Origin: Haplodiscus bocki
Taxonomy: Eukaryota
DNA length: 64,000 bases
Direction: 5' to 3'
Assembly (NCBI GenBank): GCA_965655095.1
Contig: OZ296649.1
Location: forward strand, 136,276,001-136,340,000
Positions 14,873 through 28,900 of this stretch are shown piece by piece. The position numbers were made by a program, and so were the translations under genes. The notes beneath the pieces were generated by a model. The model worked only from the letters and a program-made list of their open reading frames with translations. It was not told where the DNA came from and searched no databases. Within the stretch, counting starts at the first letter, position 1; each line of letters starts with the position of its first letter.

Positions 14873-15074
14873 ATAATACTTATCATGTACACATTGACAC
14901 ATCAGCACCATTTGTATTTATTTGTGCAATTAGGTTCAAGTTCTGGCGAGAAAAACGCTCCGTTACTTGAGCGTCTTCATTATTGATATGAATTACACTA
15001 AAATTATGGCCAAATTATGGAAACGAGGTCATAATTTGACCAAATGTAAATAATCAAGTATCTAAACGAATGGT

Positions 15075-15555
15075 AGGATCTTTTCTGTTAATTTCCCCTC
15101 CCGTCCCCCTCACTGATTTAACTCCCTCCCCTACCCCCTAACCCCCCCCCCCCCCCTCACACCATAATCGATATGCGAAATAATAAGCGGCGTAATGTGT
15201 CAACGCGCGAGTGAAATTTAGTCAATCAGAGACGAGTTCGTGGGGGGGGGGGGGGGGGTGGTTAAGTTAAATTTTGAGCTTCTTCTGTGGGGGAGGGAGG
15301 ATCTTTTCTGTTGACTCCCCCCCCCCCCCCCCCCACAGTAGAAGCTCAAAATTTAACTCCCCCCCACGTAGAAGTGAACTCGTCTCTGATTGGCTAAAAT
15401 TAACTCGCGCGTGAGTTAAAACATTACGCCGCTTATTATTTCGCATATCCATTATGGTGTGGGAGGGAGTTAAATCAGTGGGGGGGGGGGGGAGGAGGGG
15501 GGAGGGGGTTGTTAACAGAAAAGATCCGGGGGGAGGAATTAACAGAAAAGATCCC
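15075..15555. mobile_element. Nested pair of the same MITE (inner copy ~15299-15527 in opposite orientation inside the outer copy)
   Basis: Four TIR copies (ggatcttttctgtt at 15076 and 15299; aacagaaaagatcc ending 15527 and 15554). Internal halves are reverse complements. AATGGT lies on both outer flanks. Confidence 0.75.
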
Positions 15556-16699
15556 AATGGTGAATGGTGTGTGTGTGTCGGAGGGGGGAGTTAACAGAAA
15601 ACATTTCATGCCGTTTGCCGTTATGTTAAATTTCAAGGCAATGTTTGCACATGTCGTTGGCTGCATAAGACATGCAGCTATCTCAACATCGCAGTCAATT
15701 CTGCTTTTTTTTCACAATTGGTTTTTGCATTTTTTTCTCATTTCTAATCATGCTGTGCTGCTAGTCGAAGATAAAACAGTTTTGAACATCAAAAAATTTT
15801 GAACAGACTGAAGTTCACTCAAATTTTGTTCACTCATCTTGTAACGCCAATTCATGAACCGACAAATTTGATTGGCTCAACAACTAATCGGCAAAACGAG
15901 TCGCTGTCAACAAAATTGAATTGAACACGAATCATTCAAACATGTTCAAGTATTTGGCTTGTCTTTTTTCTGGTATTTCTCAGAAACCTTCTTTTGCATT
16001 TAGCAACGGAAACTGAAATTTAAACGCTTTCTTTCATACAATGAAACCTGTACTCGACACAATCGCTTTCCAAATTCAACGTTTACAGCGTAGAAAACAG
16101 TCTCCAAAATTAGATATTGTTCTGTTTTGCTATTGAAAAATCAATACCTCTCCCCCTAATTATCTGACTTTCCACCGAAGGTTAGAACTTTTTACATTAG
16201 TAATCAGTGCATGCTCTGCTGTTAGTTAATAATGAAACTAATCAGGGTCTGTTAATGCGCCATTTGCATGACCCGTTCAAGAGTGTGGAGCTTAAGTTTA
16301 TAAACTCGAAATGTTCGATTCAAAGGAGTGTGAAAGGAGTGTGTGGGATGCTCAAGGATGATATTTATTGAAAATAAATTCAAGTCTAGAAATTGAAGAA
16401 TATTTATTTTCTAACGCAACACCTTTTCGGGTCATCTATTTGGAGTGAAAAAAAGCGTCGCACTGTCAATGTTTGAGAAAAACAATTTTCGAAAATCATG
16501 GGAAAGAATTACCTATGTTATCATTTAATGCCAAAAATATGGGAAATTTGAATCACAATCATTGTATATCAAATACATAATACCACTAAACATAAACTTG
16601 ACAAAAGTCTCTTCTAAACACAAAATTATCAATTGTGCTAATAACAACGGCAAAGGGATTTGCAATACTATCAGCATTGAAACCATTGCTTTCGGCACT

Positions 16700-17750
16700 G
16701 TACAAAAATTGGCTTGATTAAGCGTTTGAAATTTCAAGACCGCAGTCTTTCCACTACACCTTCTTCAAACACATCCAAATAAGCGCGTACACACCTCCAA
16801 GACGAGGTAGCAGTGAGGCCGGACGATCCACAAGAAAATTTTATACCTAATAGCTTTGATGTGTCCTTTCTCGTATTGTTGATTGGATTTCAAGCAGTAT
16901 ACGCACTGGGAGATTACCTGAACCAGGCAAGACTTCATTGTTATTGCTTCTGTAATTGCAAAAATCCACTTCTTTCGAAAATGCTGGACAAAAACTCCAA
17001 TTCTTTCCAAAAACTTCCATTAAAACTTCATGTTCCACAATCTTCACAGTTAAATACTGCCTTCAATAAATACTACAGCAAGTGAAACCCGATAACGCAA
17101 TATTCAACAAAAAACTAAGTGTGAACCACATTCTCGTACAAAAACGTTATCTGCTTTCTTTTCATGGCACTGGTTTTTCACACTCTTGGAAATATTTCCA
17201 CAATCCAGATTCAACAGAAGTACCGTTTGCGACTATTTCAAAGATTCTCCATTGGAGCGAGCTCGACAGATCGAAATAATTTCGAAAACGTTTAGCAGCT
17301 CCAGAATTTTGCTTCCTCATACTAGATTTATTTTATCAGTCTGAGAAAAACAACAAACTCAAAAAAACTCAAATATAACTCTTGGTTCCAAAAAAAGGTC
17401 TCTGAATTTCGTGCCCAAAGACAACTGGAACTTTTCCAAGATTGGGCGATTTATTTAACACTTCTATTGAATTTCTTTTATCAATCTCAAAACAATAAAA
17501 AATTGAGTACAGTTAAGAACTAACAAAGGTGGAGCAAACAGACTTTTTTTAAACCCACCGTTCAGTGTCATCTCCCGAAGTTATTCTTTTTTTAGTTTTT
17601 AGGCTCTTCTTTGCGGTTTTTATGCCAACGCATACGTCAAAAACTATTATATCGTGAGCTTCGATCATCCAGATTGTTACGGTTGCATTCATAGAATCAC
17701 TCAACCACGCGTGGGAGTGTCGTTAAGTCGACGGCTTACTCAGAGAGAGC
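16700..17750 (-). pseudogene. Decayed BEL/Pao pol (RNaseH/integrase region)
   Basis: FRKKWIFAITEAITMKSCLVQVISQCVYCLK resembles the BEL/Pao integrase Zn domain (RxxFWI...VIxxCxxC). Upstream scraps (TTLPRV) resemble TIPRLE. Confidence 0.4.
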
Positions 17751-20017
17751 CCTCTACCTCGCAAACTGAATGAGCAAAGTAACAGCCTAATCCATGCAGG
17801 GAAGTAAATCCTTGCTAATCGGGCAAAATTACTCCGAAATCTTATGAAAAAGGAAAACTAATTCGGCTTAGATTGTTTTTCTGGTGTAAAGCATATTAAA
17901 TCTCTGCAACGCTTTTGTTTCATTCTGAGCGCTTGTGTCACTTTTGACACTAAAATTGCTCTTTTTTCCAATCTGATACGCTTACTAGGCTCCAATCTTT
18001 TAATTTAGATCCCCAACAATAGTAAAAGTGTTTTTCATGGTCGTAATACGATTCTGCGATTTTCAATCCAGTTTTGCATTTCTTGCCTGATTAAAAATTC
18101 AAAGAGTTGCAATTGATCTCTGCCCAAAAATATCGCAAAAAGCATGCTACTGCTGCCTAGACTTTCCCATGTCGGAAGACCGATACTCTCTCACTTGAAG
18201 ATCGCAGAGGTATATAGGCTTTAAGGAACCCGGTTTCGCTGTTTTTCTTCTTATACTGACTAACCTCGTTAAAAAACGCCTTGCGGCTCTTCTAAAACAC
18301 CCAGAGTTGTTGGATTTGGCTTTCGGAAAAACTGATACCTGTTCGTGGTTATTGCATGGAATAATTGAGTTTATGGTTGTTTCCTTGTGTTATAGAGCAG
18401 TTTAATCGTTAAAGCTGTTTTTGTCAAAACGTGTTTCGTTTTTTTTTTGGTATTATCGAACTTCAACTGCTTTTTCCTCGAAAAAGAAGACTGATATCAA
18501 AAAATTATTTGACTATTTCTTGGAACGCATCGCTTGGTTTACAGCAGTAACTCCCAAAACGTTAAAGGGGGGAGGGGGATAAAGTCGGAAATAATTTCGG
18601 GAGATTAGGTTTTTTGAGACCTCAGCGAACAATATTTTTCGATTCAGTTTTCTGATCAGAATCATGCTTGGCTTGAGCAAACTTCTCAGTCATTGCTTTA
18701 ATAAAAGTTCTTAACCATCGAAATTGGTCTAGTTCCCGAAAAGATATTACATTATGGAGCTTGGAATTTTTTGAAAAACTGGTACGTTTCTGCCAGAAAA
18801 CACTCCTAAAATCTGTTCTATCAATCCGATTCTCATGAACCCTTCTCTCCAGATTGACCACATTGAAAACTTGATGTTGTGGATTTCTGAGTGTGGATGA
18901 GTCTTTATTCATGAAGTGATCGTACTCTAAAATTTGAAAAGACTTCTTTTTAATTTTAGAAAAAAAATAATACTTCGTCCTTTTCACCAGTTAAAATAAT
19001 TTGCACATGAATGTTTCTAGTATCATTGGAAACGTAGTTGCATCTATTTTTTCATGACATGCTCGTTTGTTTATTTTGACCCTGTAAAGAGAAATAGGAG
19101 TTCTTCTGCTAGAAAACTGGGATTTTCAGCCTCTAAATCTTTTCCGTGGACGTATGTGACTCTGAACAACCGGGGGCGCGTGGTGGTTGTAAGAGCTTAT
19201 CATACACATGCTTGCAAGTTTTTAGGAGGCAGCACAGTCTACGAAGCCGGTGCTATAACAATAAGATCAAATATTTTGCGGTTGAAAACTAACACAAATT
19301 GACAATGTAGCAAAATATGGATTTGAAAGCAAAATTTCCCACAGGCACTTTGAAATTGTCCATTCCGACCGTTCGGCGGCCAGTATATGCGCCCCTTCTT
19401 GGCTCAGAGATACTTACCTTGTAACAATTTTTTGTATGTAAAAAGATTCGCTGCTGACTATGTATATTATAACACAGATACGGGAAAGCACGCATGTAAT
19501 TTTCGGTCAATTAGAACATTTTGTTTGTAAGAGATTTTTTTTTGTATTTATTGAGACTGTTTTTAATTTTACGTTCACTGCACTTATGTCATTTGGGACT
19601 CCAGTAATCAGAACACCGAAGTATCAGATTACGAGTTGTTTTCCTGAATTCCAACGTATTAATCGCATTTATTTTTATTTTCTGAAAAAATAGTATTAGT
19701 CATTATTTTTGAGCATCCCAGATGACAACTTTCATTGATCTAGGGAAGATAATATGCGCCCACATTGTAAAGATATTTCCCTTAAGATTTCTAAGCAGCA
19801 AGGAATGTCTCACGCTAGTGAAATCACTAACTTTAAAGTTCTGTGTTTTCAACAAGTCTTGAAAACTGCAAGAGCGAGTAAAATAAAAGTTTTACATTCT
19901 GTGATGCCAATCTGATAATCGACTCAACACGTTGGGGTTTACATATACTGGAGAAAAAAGTAGCGGAACCATGAAATTTCAATATTCGAAACTAACCTTT
20001 TCACTTTTTATATGTTC

Positions 20018-20807
20018 CCAGGTTGACCTGACATGCAAATAATACTATGCACCATAAACTGCCATACAAAAAAAACAGCCTATGGTAATGCCATTAGTTT
20101 TCTCTTTTTTTTTCTTTGGTCATAGTATGGAAATCTGTCAGCCATAAACTTGTATGGCCAATTAATAACTTTAATGTTATTTTGTATCGTCATCCAATGA
20201 TTTTCATGTTTCTCTTGAAATTTTTTCATCGACAAACGCATTCCAATTTCTTATTCACATAATTACGAGTAATTGAAAGGTCTTGAAAAATTCGAAACCC
20301 AAAGGGAATACCCGTCAGCAACTTTCAGTGTTGAAATTTCTGCGTTTATGCTAGGAAAGAAAGACTTAGTTTGTCGTGGCTTTTCCAACACTACATCACT
20401 GTAGACTATACTTTTCGGGAATGGGATTTCACAAAATCTCAATTTTAAATTTAGGCAACCAAAAATTAATATAGATGGCATTTATTATGTTTCCCAGTCA
20501 TCTTATTGACAGAAATTCTGAACTTCACACTTTAATGTAATGTTCTCCATGAGTATTTTGAGTCAAATTTTTGTTGACTGGAATACGTTATCATAATCTA
20601 ATAAACTTCGCGCATGCTTTTCCATACTTTGGCCATGCTATGGTACAGTGTATGACTTGCATGGAATCATATTATAGTATGGTCTTTTTATGACTTGCAT
20701 ATTACCATAGACTTTTATGGTACTTTCGATGACTTTAATGTTTTCATAGATCACCATATATAACTTTCTATGATTTCCCTGTTTTTTGTTGGTGGTAAAC
20801 CCGGGTA
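20018..20807. mobile_element. Degenerate TIR element with CATG/ATGG-rich internal repeats
   Basis: Ends cccaggttgacc ... ggtaaacccggg are imperfect inverted repeats. Repetitive catg/tatgg tracts at 20030-20200 and 20610-20790. Confidence 0.3.
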
Positions 20808-21689
20808 GGGATGAATCAAAAGCTTCTATGTCCAGCAAGATTTTAATATATGTTTTAGGTAACTCGTACAGGCCTCAACTTCTTGAATTTTTTCATTCGG
20901 CTCCGAGGTAAATTGAACCATGCAAAGATGTTGACTTCATAAAGATTACAAACAATTCCCTGATCGCTTTGTCAAACTGTTCTGCGACGATGTAACACTC
21001 ACAGTCCTGATTTAATATGATGCCATTAGACGTTGATGAAACACCACTTTAAGCAGAAATAACTCCGGAACTATTCATATAAGACAAAGGTAACAGAAGC
21101 AAAATCTTCTTTGGAATTCTAGATAAAAATAAGGGCTGTGGTTTGAAGAATTTCCAAGCAATGTAACGAAAACTAGAAAGTTCGTTTTTTCCATTTTTTT
21201 TCAATTTTTGAAAATTCCGTAACATTGAAAAGTTATTTGAGGAACTTTATTTAAATAATAGATGCCCCTGACTTTTCTGTAACAGCTGATGTCATTTATC
21301 GGTTGAAAATTTCCGAAAACTATTTCGAAATCCATCCTTTTCTTAGTAATCTACTGTTGCATTTTCTACTGTTGCAAAATCCTGTTGCATTTTTTTCCTG
21401 AAAATTCATAGTTTTAAAAAAGTGATACAGATAAACTTTTGTGGAGCAACTAAAACTAACAAGAAATATGATGTTTCTTGCAATTTTGCGTCATTTTCAA
21501 GATTTCTTACGCAAACTGCCAAAATTAGCCCAAATGGTTGTATACATGGTTTATTTGCTCAAATTTGGCAGGCGATTTTCCAAATTTTTGAAACATTTGT
21601 CGCGGCAAAGAAATTAACCATCTGATATTTCATATTTTGAGTTTTTTCAGAGTACTTTTACTCACTGTGATCTGTTATCATTTTCCGCC

Positions 21690-22181
21690 ATTTTTATCAT
21701 ATGGGAGGAAGTCATCTGCTCAACGCGAACTTTTTGTACCCAATGTTTGCCAATTGCGAATGTCCGATGTTCGACTAAATCGGACATTTTCTAAACGTAA
21801 GTTTTTTCACCAAATTGTAGCGAATTTGCCGTGGAATGCGACTGAAATATGAAGATTTCTCAAAACTTTGAAATTTTGTTTTTTTTTTCGAAAAAAATAG
21901 GTAGGTTTTTATTCAAAAAATCTCGATTTTTTCTTCAAAATTGCTAAAATTGGCATTATTTCTATGGGACGCGTATAAAACGGTATTATATCTTGAAAAT
22001 GATCTTTTCGCCCCAATAAAGAGTTTTTTGCCAAGAAATTGGAAAATTTTCAAAGTTGGTAAATTTAAAAAACATGGCGAAGAAAGTGCATTCTCAAAAA
22101 AATGATTTCCTATTTTTGAAAGCCTTCGTTACATAGATAGGAAGGCGCAAATTATGCCAATGATAGCCAGCCGTCTTGTTT
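21690..22181 (+). repeat. Copy 3 of the dispersed repeat family
   Basis: Similar to 1760-2225 and to the reverse complement of 11574-12240; ends gccaatgatagccagccgtcttgttt. Confidence 0.65.
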
Positions 22182-22736
22182 AATTCTCCACTTACGAATT
22201 GGTATATCATGCTAAAATTGCTTAGGTGCAAGTTTTTGTATCATGACTGTTTCAGAACTCTTGCGGTAGTTTTTTCGCAAAATTAGAGCAGCTAGTCGGC
22301 TAGTTCTTGATTTTTGTAAGGATTAACTCCAAATTTGCTTTTTTTTGATGCTACGTTTTCATGCATTTTAATTGCTTGGTGTCGCTCAGAAAACGGCAAC
22401 GATGACGTTGCAAAATGACTTTTGAACGAAAAAGTTTCGTTACCGGTTTCAGGAAAAAATTGATTTTATTTGCAATGCAGACTAGCGTTTTCATTTCTGA
22501 TGACCAAAACTTTCTAAAAGCCTTAGTTACGTTATTTTCTTTGTCCAATGTATACGTGTGTTGCCATGTTCATTTTGTGATTCCCATTGTTTTCTGGAAT
22601 TGTAACGGAAACCTTCGGCAGCCTTTAGCTACTTGAAGTGGAACATTAGGAGACGAAGCACTGAACCACCAAGTGCGGCCCTGAATGCCTACTTTTTTGA
22701 TGGCCCAGTTTCTTTGCAAGTTTTCAAGGGGAACAG

Positions 22737-24025
22737 GAAGGTTACATTGTGAATTCCCATGATCGAACCTTCAGGCTAAGCGAAAAAAGTCACACTTAAT
22801 TATCTTCTTCCATAAAGATTGGAGATGCCTGCTGCTCATGGGGTATGTCACAGTTTTTCTCAAATCAAAAGCAAACTAAGAAATACGTTAAATTCTTCGC
22901 CCGAGATCGCTAAAACGGAACTTTTACAGCACAAAACAACCAAGTTTCAGGTTTGGTGTTCAAACTCTAGCTCCAAGAGCCCTCCATTATGGAGACCAAC
23001 CATTTTCTCTGGTTTTCAGCCTGGAAAATGGGAAATGGGAGAACCCAGTGAAATGGTGCCTAACTACGATCCTCAATTCCTCAGTGTAGCCATGTACTAC
23101 CGTCTTAGTGAGCTCAACTCCGTGTAGAGCTTGCATAAGCTTTCTGCGATATAAACACGAGAAGTTCTATCAATTTGAATTTATAGACCGAAAAATACGT
23201 CTGCTACCTAAGGCAATTTCTGTGTTGCTTGAAATAATCATTATTTGTTAGCTTGTCCCTCAACCCGCTCAGTATTTTTTTGTTGTTTCGGAACAGTTAT
23301 AGAAACGAAACTTGAGGTCGTTACGTCTGGGAACCGATTTGGGCCTCTCTGAAATCTGCTCCGAGATCAGGGGTTTTTTGCTGTTCAGAACTCAAAAATG
23401 TAACTGCAGAATTGCCACCACAATCATTCTAGGGGCTCTGCTAGATGTATGTTGCACGAAATTGATTTTGTCGTGCAGCAAATGTCGTTTTTTTCCGAGG
23501 CCCTGTTATATGGAACTCGTTAGAATTCGGCTTTCTTCTTCTTCTTTTTCTTCTTCTTCTTCTTTTTCTTCTTCTTCTTCTTCGATATTTTGGTCTTTTA
23601 GAGTCAGTTGCACTTGTCGAATTGGATTTTTGCTTCAAGCTTTTGATGATAAATTTCAAGCAAGTTTGAGGTTCCCGATCTCCAGGGTCTTTTAAGGAAA
23701 AGTCTGCTTTCTGATCCTAATTTCGTCAAAATTGTTCAGTTTCTGGTTATAGAAGAGTGAAGGCTACATTGTGAATTCCCAATCTCGAAGGTTCAGGCTG
23801 AGCCAAAGCTCAGGCTGGGTCGAACAAATTTGGAAATGAACGCGTGCGTTCCTTCGAAAAAACTTGGGGCTGCCTGATTCTCAGGCTTTGCTTTTGTTTG
23901 ACTTTACGAACTCCTGAAATCAAAGACAAGCACAGACACCCGTCAAATTCTCCTCTAGAATTCGGTAAAAGAGAACTTAACACCTCAAAATAACACAGTT
24001 TCAATTTTCGTGTCCAAATTTTTGC
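22737..24025 (+). repeat. Two diverged direct copies (~22737-22970 and ~23759-24025) bracketing a (CTT)n microsatellite at ~23533-23583
   Basis: gaaggttacattgtgaattccc...ttcaggctaagc vs gaaggctacattgtgaattccc...ttcaggctgagc, with colinear similarity continuing downstream. Confidence 0.55.
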
Positions 24026-27000
24026 TCGATGACCCAGATACCGAGTCGCAACGTTTTTTCTGCGTTTCACCCTAAGAAAGGGGGAAATGCGCGAATATAG
24101 AGACTCGCATTGCTTTTCGCGCACAGTTTTGGCTGCATGCTACATTTTGATATGCTGCTTCAACAATAGGTGCTCGTTTCACGGTATTCCCCTTCGCCGC
24201 ATCTTTTGGTCACATCTTGTTGGCTCAGAAAACGGAATGAAGCTTCCAATCAGTTTTCAGAGAAATTGTTCTCCAAATTTTGAGAACTCTTCCGAAATGA
24301 ATATTCTGCCCCAAAGGTTTCCATTACATCAATCCTCGATCCAAGTAGATAACGATCGGTCTGCATGATGTAACAGCGTTAAAATGTGATGGTACTTTTT
24401 CGGGGAGTGACTTCAAAAGATACCATTGACCGCTGATCTCAACAAAAACCAAATGCGAAGTTCATTAGAAACAACTAAACTCACACTAATTGATGGTGGT
24501 TTCGGATTAATAAGCAAGTCATCGGAGTTTTGCATAGTGAGTGGACTTTCCTGTTTCATTCATTGCGAGGTTCTCAATTGGCTACATCCTATGAATTTTT
24601 ACTGCTTGGAATCAGTCCTAATTGACCATAATGTCTAACGATACCGCTCGGGAGATAAACGTGTCACTTTTTCTTTTGTCTCTCTTTTTGTGGTTTCTGT
24701 TTGCTTTCATTCTAATGCTTTTTTTGGCACTGCTGAGCAGTAGGCAACTAAATTTTAAAAAAGAGCGTCAGGGAATGGAATCTCAAAAAGCGTGAAGTTG
24801 AAAATATGGGACTTAATACCACATAAGGGATCAGAATGGCTTGACTGGAAGTCTGAGGGACGAAGAGTTGACTCTGTTGGCGGGAAAATCTTGGAAAGAT
24901 TCATTCGGAGAAATCAACAGCCGAAGTTCGAAAGTATCAATCAAAAGACTGCCTGATTTCAGTCGGTCAGGTTATTTTAGAAAGACAATTACACAAAGAT
25001 TTGTGCAATGAGATCACGACCAGGACCGGAAGATGCGTGACGCTTTGAGTGCGGTTTGAGTTCGAGGACGCCCTTCGTATCTCGATTCAAAAATCTACGT
25101 CCCTTGAGAGCTTCTTTCTTAAACATTGGGGTCATGTTTCAGAACTGAAAATTGTACTCAAATTGGTATTTTTTCTTTTTACTGACAGTTGAAATGTCCA
25201 ATTGTCGTATAAATTGTTGCCTAGAGAATTGTGTATTGCTTCATTTACTTGGGTATTTCTGTTCGATCATGTCATACGTAGTTACTGTATAACAATGAAA
25301 GAATTCATACCTAAAAAGGAATCTTCACTCTCGATTAAACGTCACTCGATTATCTGCCAGAATTTTGACACTTGCTGTATTCAGTACATAAATGCAGTAG
25401 CTTCTCCCTGGAAAAGTTTATTTTGCAATTTTTGTACCCAATGGTTCCCTTCTGGAGTTCTGTCTTTGTCTTGTTCTCAAAAGTTGTTGAATCACTTGTG
25501 AGCCTGCAGTCAACCCAGTCGCTGCTATAAGGAGCCTCTTCTGGGTCTGAATCGACTGACTGAGGAGACCGATAGACGGAGGCCCTACTTCAGGACGAGG
25601 ATCATTCTGGTGACGAGCCTCGTTCGGCTCCTGATTTTCCACGCCTGTGTTCCGGGATGTTCCCGGAACTGTTCCGGATTGTTTCCGTACTTACGGGTTC
25701 AAGAGAATTTTGTCTAATTTAGACAGAGCACACAAAACGCGGGAATCCGTCCTGCTGATTTCATGGGTCAATTTTCTTGTGACTTGCTTTCATTCCGCTC
25801 GGAACCCTGAGTTACGTATTCTTCAATGGTTCTGGAAACGGATGTATTTCGTGACTGGCCCTTCCCAGGATGTTTCTCTTGGGTTTCTCTTATAACGGCC
25901 GCCAACTTCCTCTGGTTTCTCAATATTGCCATTTTTGAAGCGAAACTGTTCAGCAGTAGTGAAGATTGAGTTTTTATTTTATTTGTTAATCAATTTGGGA
26001 GAATAACAAGAATGTGATTTTTTGAAATGAGCAACTTGTCGCATTTTGTACAGTCAATTGATAATAAAAATGATAACATTTATCTTAAGTAATAGTACTT
26101 TCGTATCTCTTGTTTGTACATTTTCCTTGGCGGGGAGCATATTTGGTCACACGCCAAGTCAATGTACAATTTATGGGAAAGTACTTTAACCATAAAATTT
26201 ACAAAGAAGAAGTGCCGACTCTTGCGGGAAATAAATACCTTTCCATCCATTTCTTCCCTCATGGGCCGCATCTTTGCCATCATTCCACGGAACATGTACG
26301 GGCCTAATCTGTCAGAAAGGGATATCAAAGTGCTTATTTCCGCGCCGACACAACAAAAATTCCTCGTATCAAGCAATGCGTTCTGGAACGGTCCCGTATT
26401 TGTTTGTTGCACTGCTAATAGCAGTGCTGCTGTAGGAGTGAAATAAGTGAATACGGAACTGTTCAATAATTGACAATTTTGGTACAACATAGTAGCACAG
26501 TAATTAGAATGAATTGTGGATTGAAGTCAGCAGATTGGTAGCGACGTTACACGAACGGAATAAATGTACACTTCTAGAGTCAATTTCGCTTAGCTACAGT
26601 TGCTTTTGAATTTAACAGCATCAGTGCATTAAAAACGTCAATTTGAGTCAATTACCTCATTTAGCACATACAACAAGATAGAGTTACTTTAAAATAAAAA
26701 AATAATATAAATATAGCACCTTCTAAATCACAATGAGCTATTACGTGAATGCGTGTTTGTTCCGTAAATGTTCTGTCCTAATCTCGATCAGTTTACGGGG
26801 GTGATCCGTATATTTACGGATCACTTTACATGCAAGTTAAGTATTGAAATGGTTGAGTGTTTCTAAAGAAAGAACGGCATGTTTTGAGTTTATTCTGTCT
26901 CTCGGGATGTCCTGTCTTCAGGTAGGGGTTGTCCGCAGGCTTCGCAGATGTGCTGCGACAATTGCCTGAGCAACAAACACAACAGTAATTCTGAATTACT

Positions 27001-28449
27001 GTGCAGCAATTAGAATGTGTCTTGATGTGTGCAAGAAAAAATGAAGAGAGTACAAAAACCTCTCAGAATCATGCTGTGTAGTGAACGTTTCGGACCAGAA
27101 TTTCTAGTAAAGTAACTCTCCGATCAGCTACTGACCAGTTTACCTTGTATTCTGGTTTAACTTTCTTGAGGGTTTAAAGTGTAGTTTTGTTTACAAAATA
27201 ACTCAAAATTCTCCCTTAGAGCTGCTTTTGTCTCAGAGGAGCACATAATTCTGGCCTTTTTGATCAAGGATTACATTATCATATGATGCTTCTCGAGTTC
27301 ACCGCCGGAGGCAGGTTGGGTAAACCCTTTGAGTACTTCTCAGGCGGCTCTAACTGCAACTAATATTTGCGATACACTTCAAGTAAACTCCCTGATTTTG
27401 AGTATACCTGAGGTACAAGGTACTTGAATTAAATTTTCAAAGTATCAAACAAAATTTCAATTTTGCGTTATTTTCCAAGAATTCAGTTGTTTGGTTCAGG
27501 TTCTCCTCGTTTTTTAATATGGGGATCTAGTACACACGCATTTCCCCTATCCATTAAAACACGCAGTTTAAAATCTAGGAATATTCGACCTTGAAAGAAA
27601 AGAATGTTCTTAGAGTTCTAGTAAAGTAGATTTATTATACAGCATCATCATGGTGTCGAAAAGCTTGATAGCTATATATTGTTGAGGCAGTAAACAGTAC
27701 ACCAACAACTCCACAAGTGGTCTCTCCCGGCTTACTTTGCCAAAAAATGAACCACTTACCCGACATTTGTTTTATCATAACATGATAACCCCAATAAACC
27801 CATGAGGTTCAAACAAGAAGCTCCACTGACCTAAGGAAAAACTGCTCAATCCACATCCAAATTCTGAATCCTCGACGAAACCGTAACTTTCGAACGAATT
27901 CAGCCACTACTCCAATTGACTGACAATATGTTTGTCATACCAAATTTGTCTCATATATATTTGTACAAACAGGAATTGCTCTGTATCGACATACCAACTC
28001 CGACAACCCAGCGTCAATCAGAAGTCGCTCATAAACCGGCCTACAGCTATTTATATGACAAACCAATCATAAGCAGAGTGTAAAATTGACTACATTCAAA
28101 ACCTTTAACCAGACTTTATTGAAACTTCCCGCTAGTGGGACTTCACGAGCCATATTTTGGGACCCCCAAAATGGTCCCAAAACTTTTCCCGAAATTTTTC
28201 AGAAAGAAAGTTTTCGTGAAAGAGACAGACTGGAGAACCGGCATAAATTGGAGAAACCAGGGTATGAACAAGATGATCGAGAAATGGGAATTTGATTCAG
28301 ACGTATTCCTATACCTTTTGAACAAACATTAATCGACTACCCGCAGCCAAACCGACAGGCTTTCCATGTTAAGCTGTTGTCACCGCCACTACCACGTCAC
28401 CCACCAAAACGTGCTTTTTTGGCCTTTAGTGAACCACAATCTAGTACTT

Positions 28450-28900
28450 GCTTTTCAGGCAAGCGCCAGAGGCTGGTTTCCTGCGAACTTCAATGCTCTT
28501 GCAATTGACGCTCTCGAAGAAACAGGTGCTCTATCAAGTGCAATACCCGAACAAAACGTGAGATGAATCAATGTATTGGCGCCACAAACTTATCGGTGAC
28601 GCTCCTACACTACCATTGCAAATACTTGTAACTACGGGAAAACTAGAAAAACCTGTAGGCAATGTGAAACTCTACATTTAGGTTGGAGATATCACATTCA
28701 GAGCGCTTTTTTGTCCGCAAAGAAATAACGGGTCCCTTTTTTGGCCTAATCGTCCTCCTATGAACAAATACTGTGATGTATTTTCGTTTGAAGTCCTAAA
28801 ATTCACATTCTCAGATCAACTGACAAATGGTGACAATGAGTTGTCCAACTTTCTTCAGCATATCCTCGATCCTATCGAAATAAACATAGCAACACAAGCC
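28450..28900 (+). pseudogene. Ty3/Gypsy aspartic protease remnant
   Basis: LAIDALEETGALSSAI (cf. ALVDSGA.VSAI) followed by GKLEKPVGNVKL...VGDITF; interrupted by stops. Confidence 0.55.

Noticed and set aside
14467-15802. Pro/Gly-rich ORFs
   Set aside because: Translations of G/C homopolymer runs in the MITEs.
23312-23695. Poly-Ser / poly-Arg ORFs
   Set aside because: Products of the (CTT)n microsatellite.
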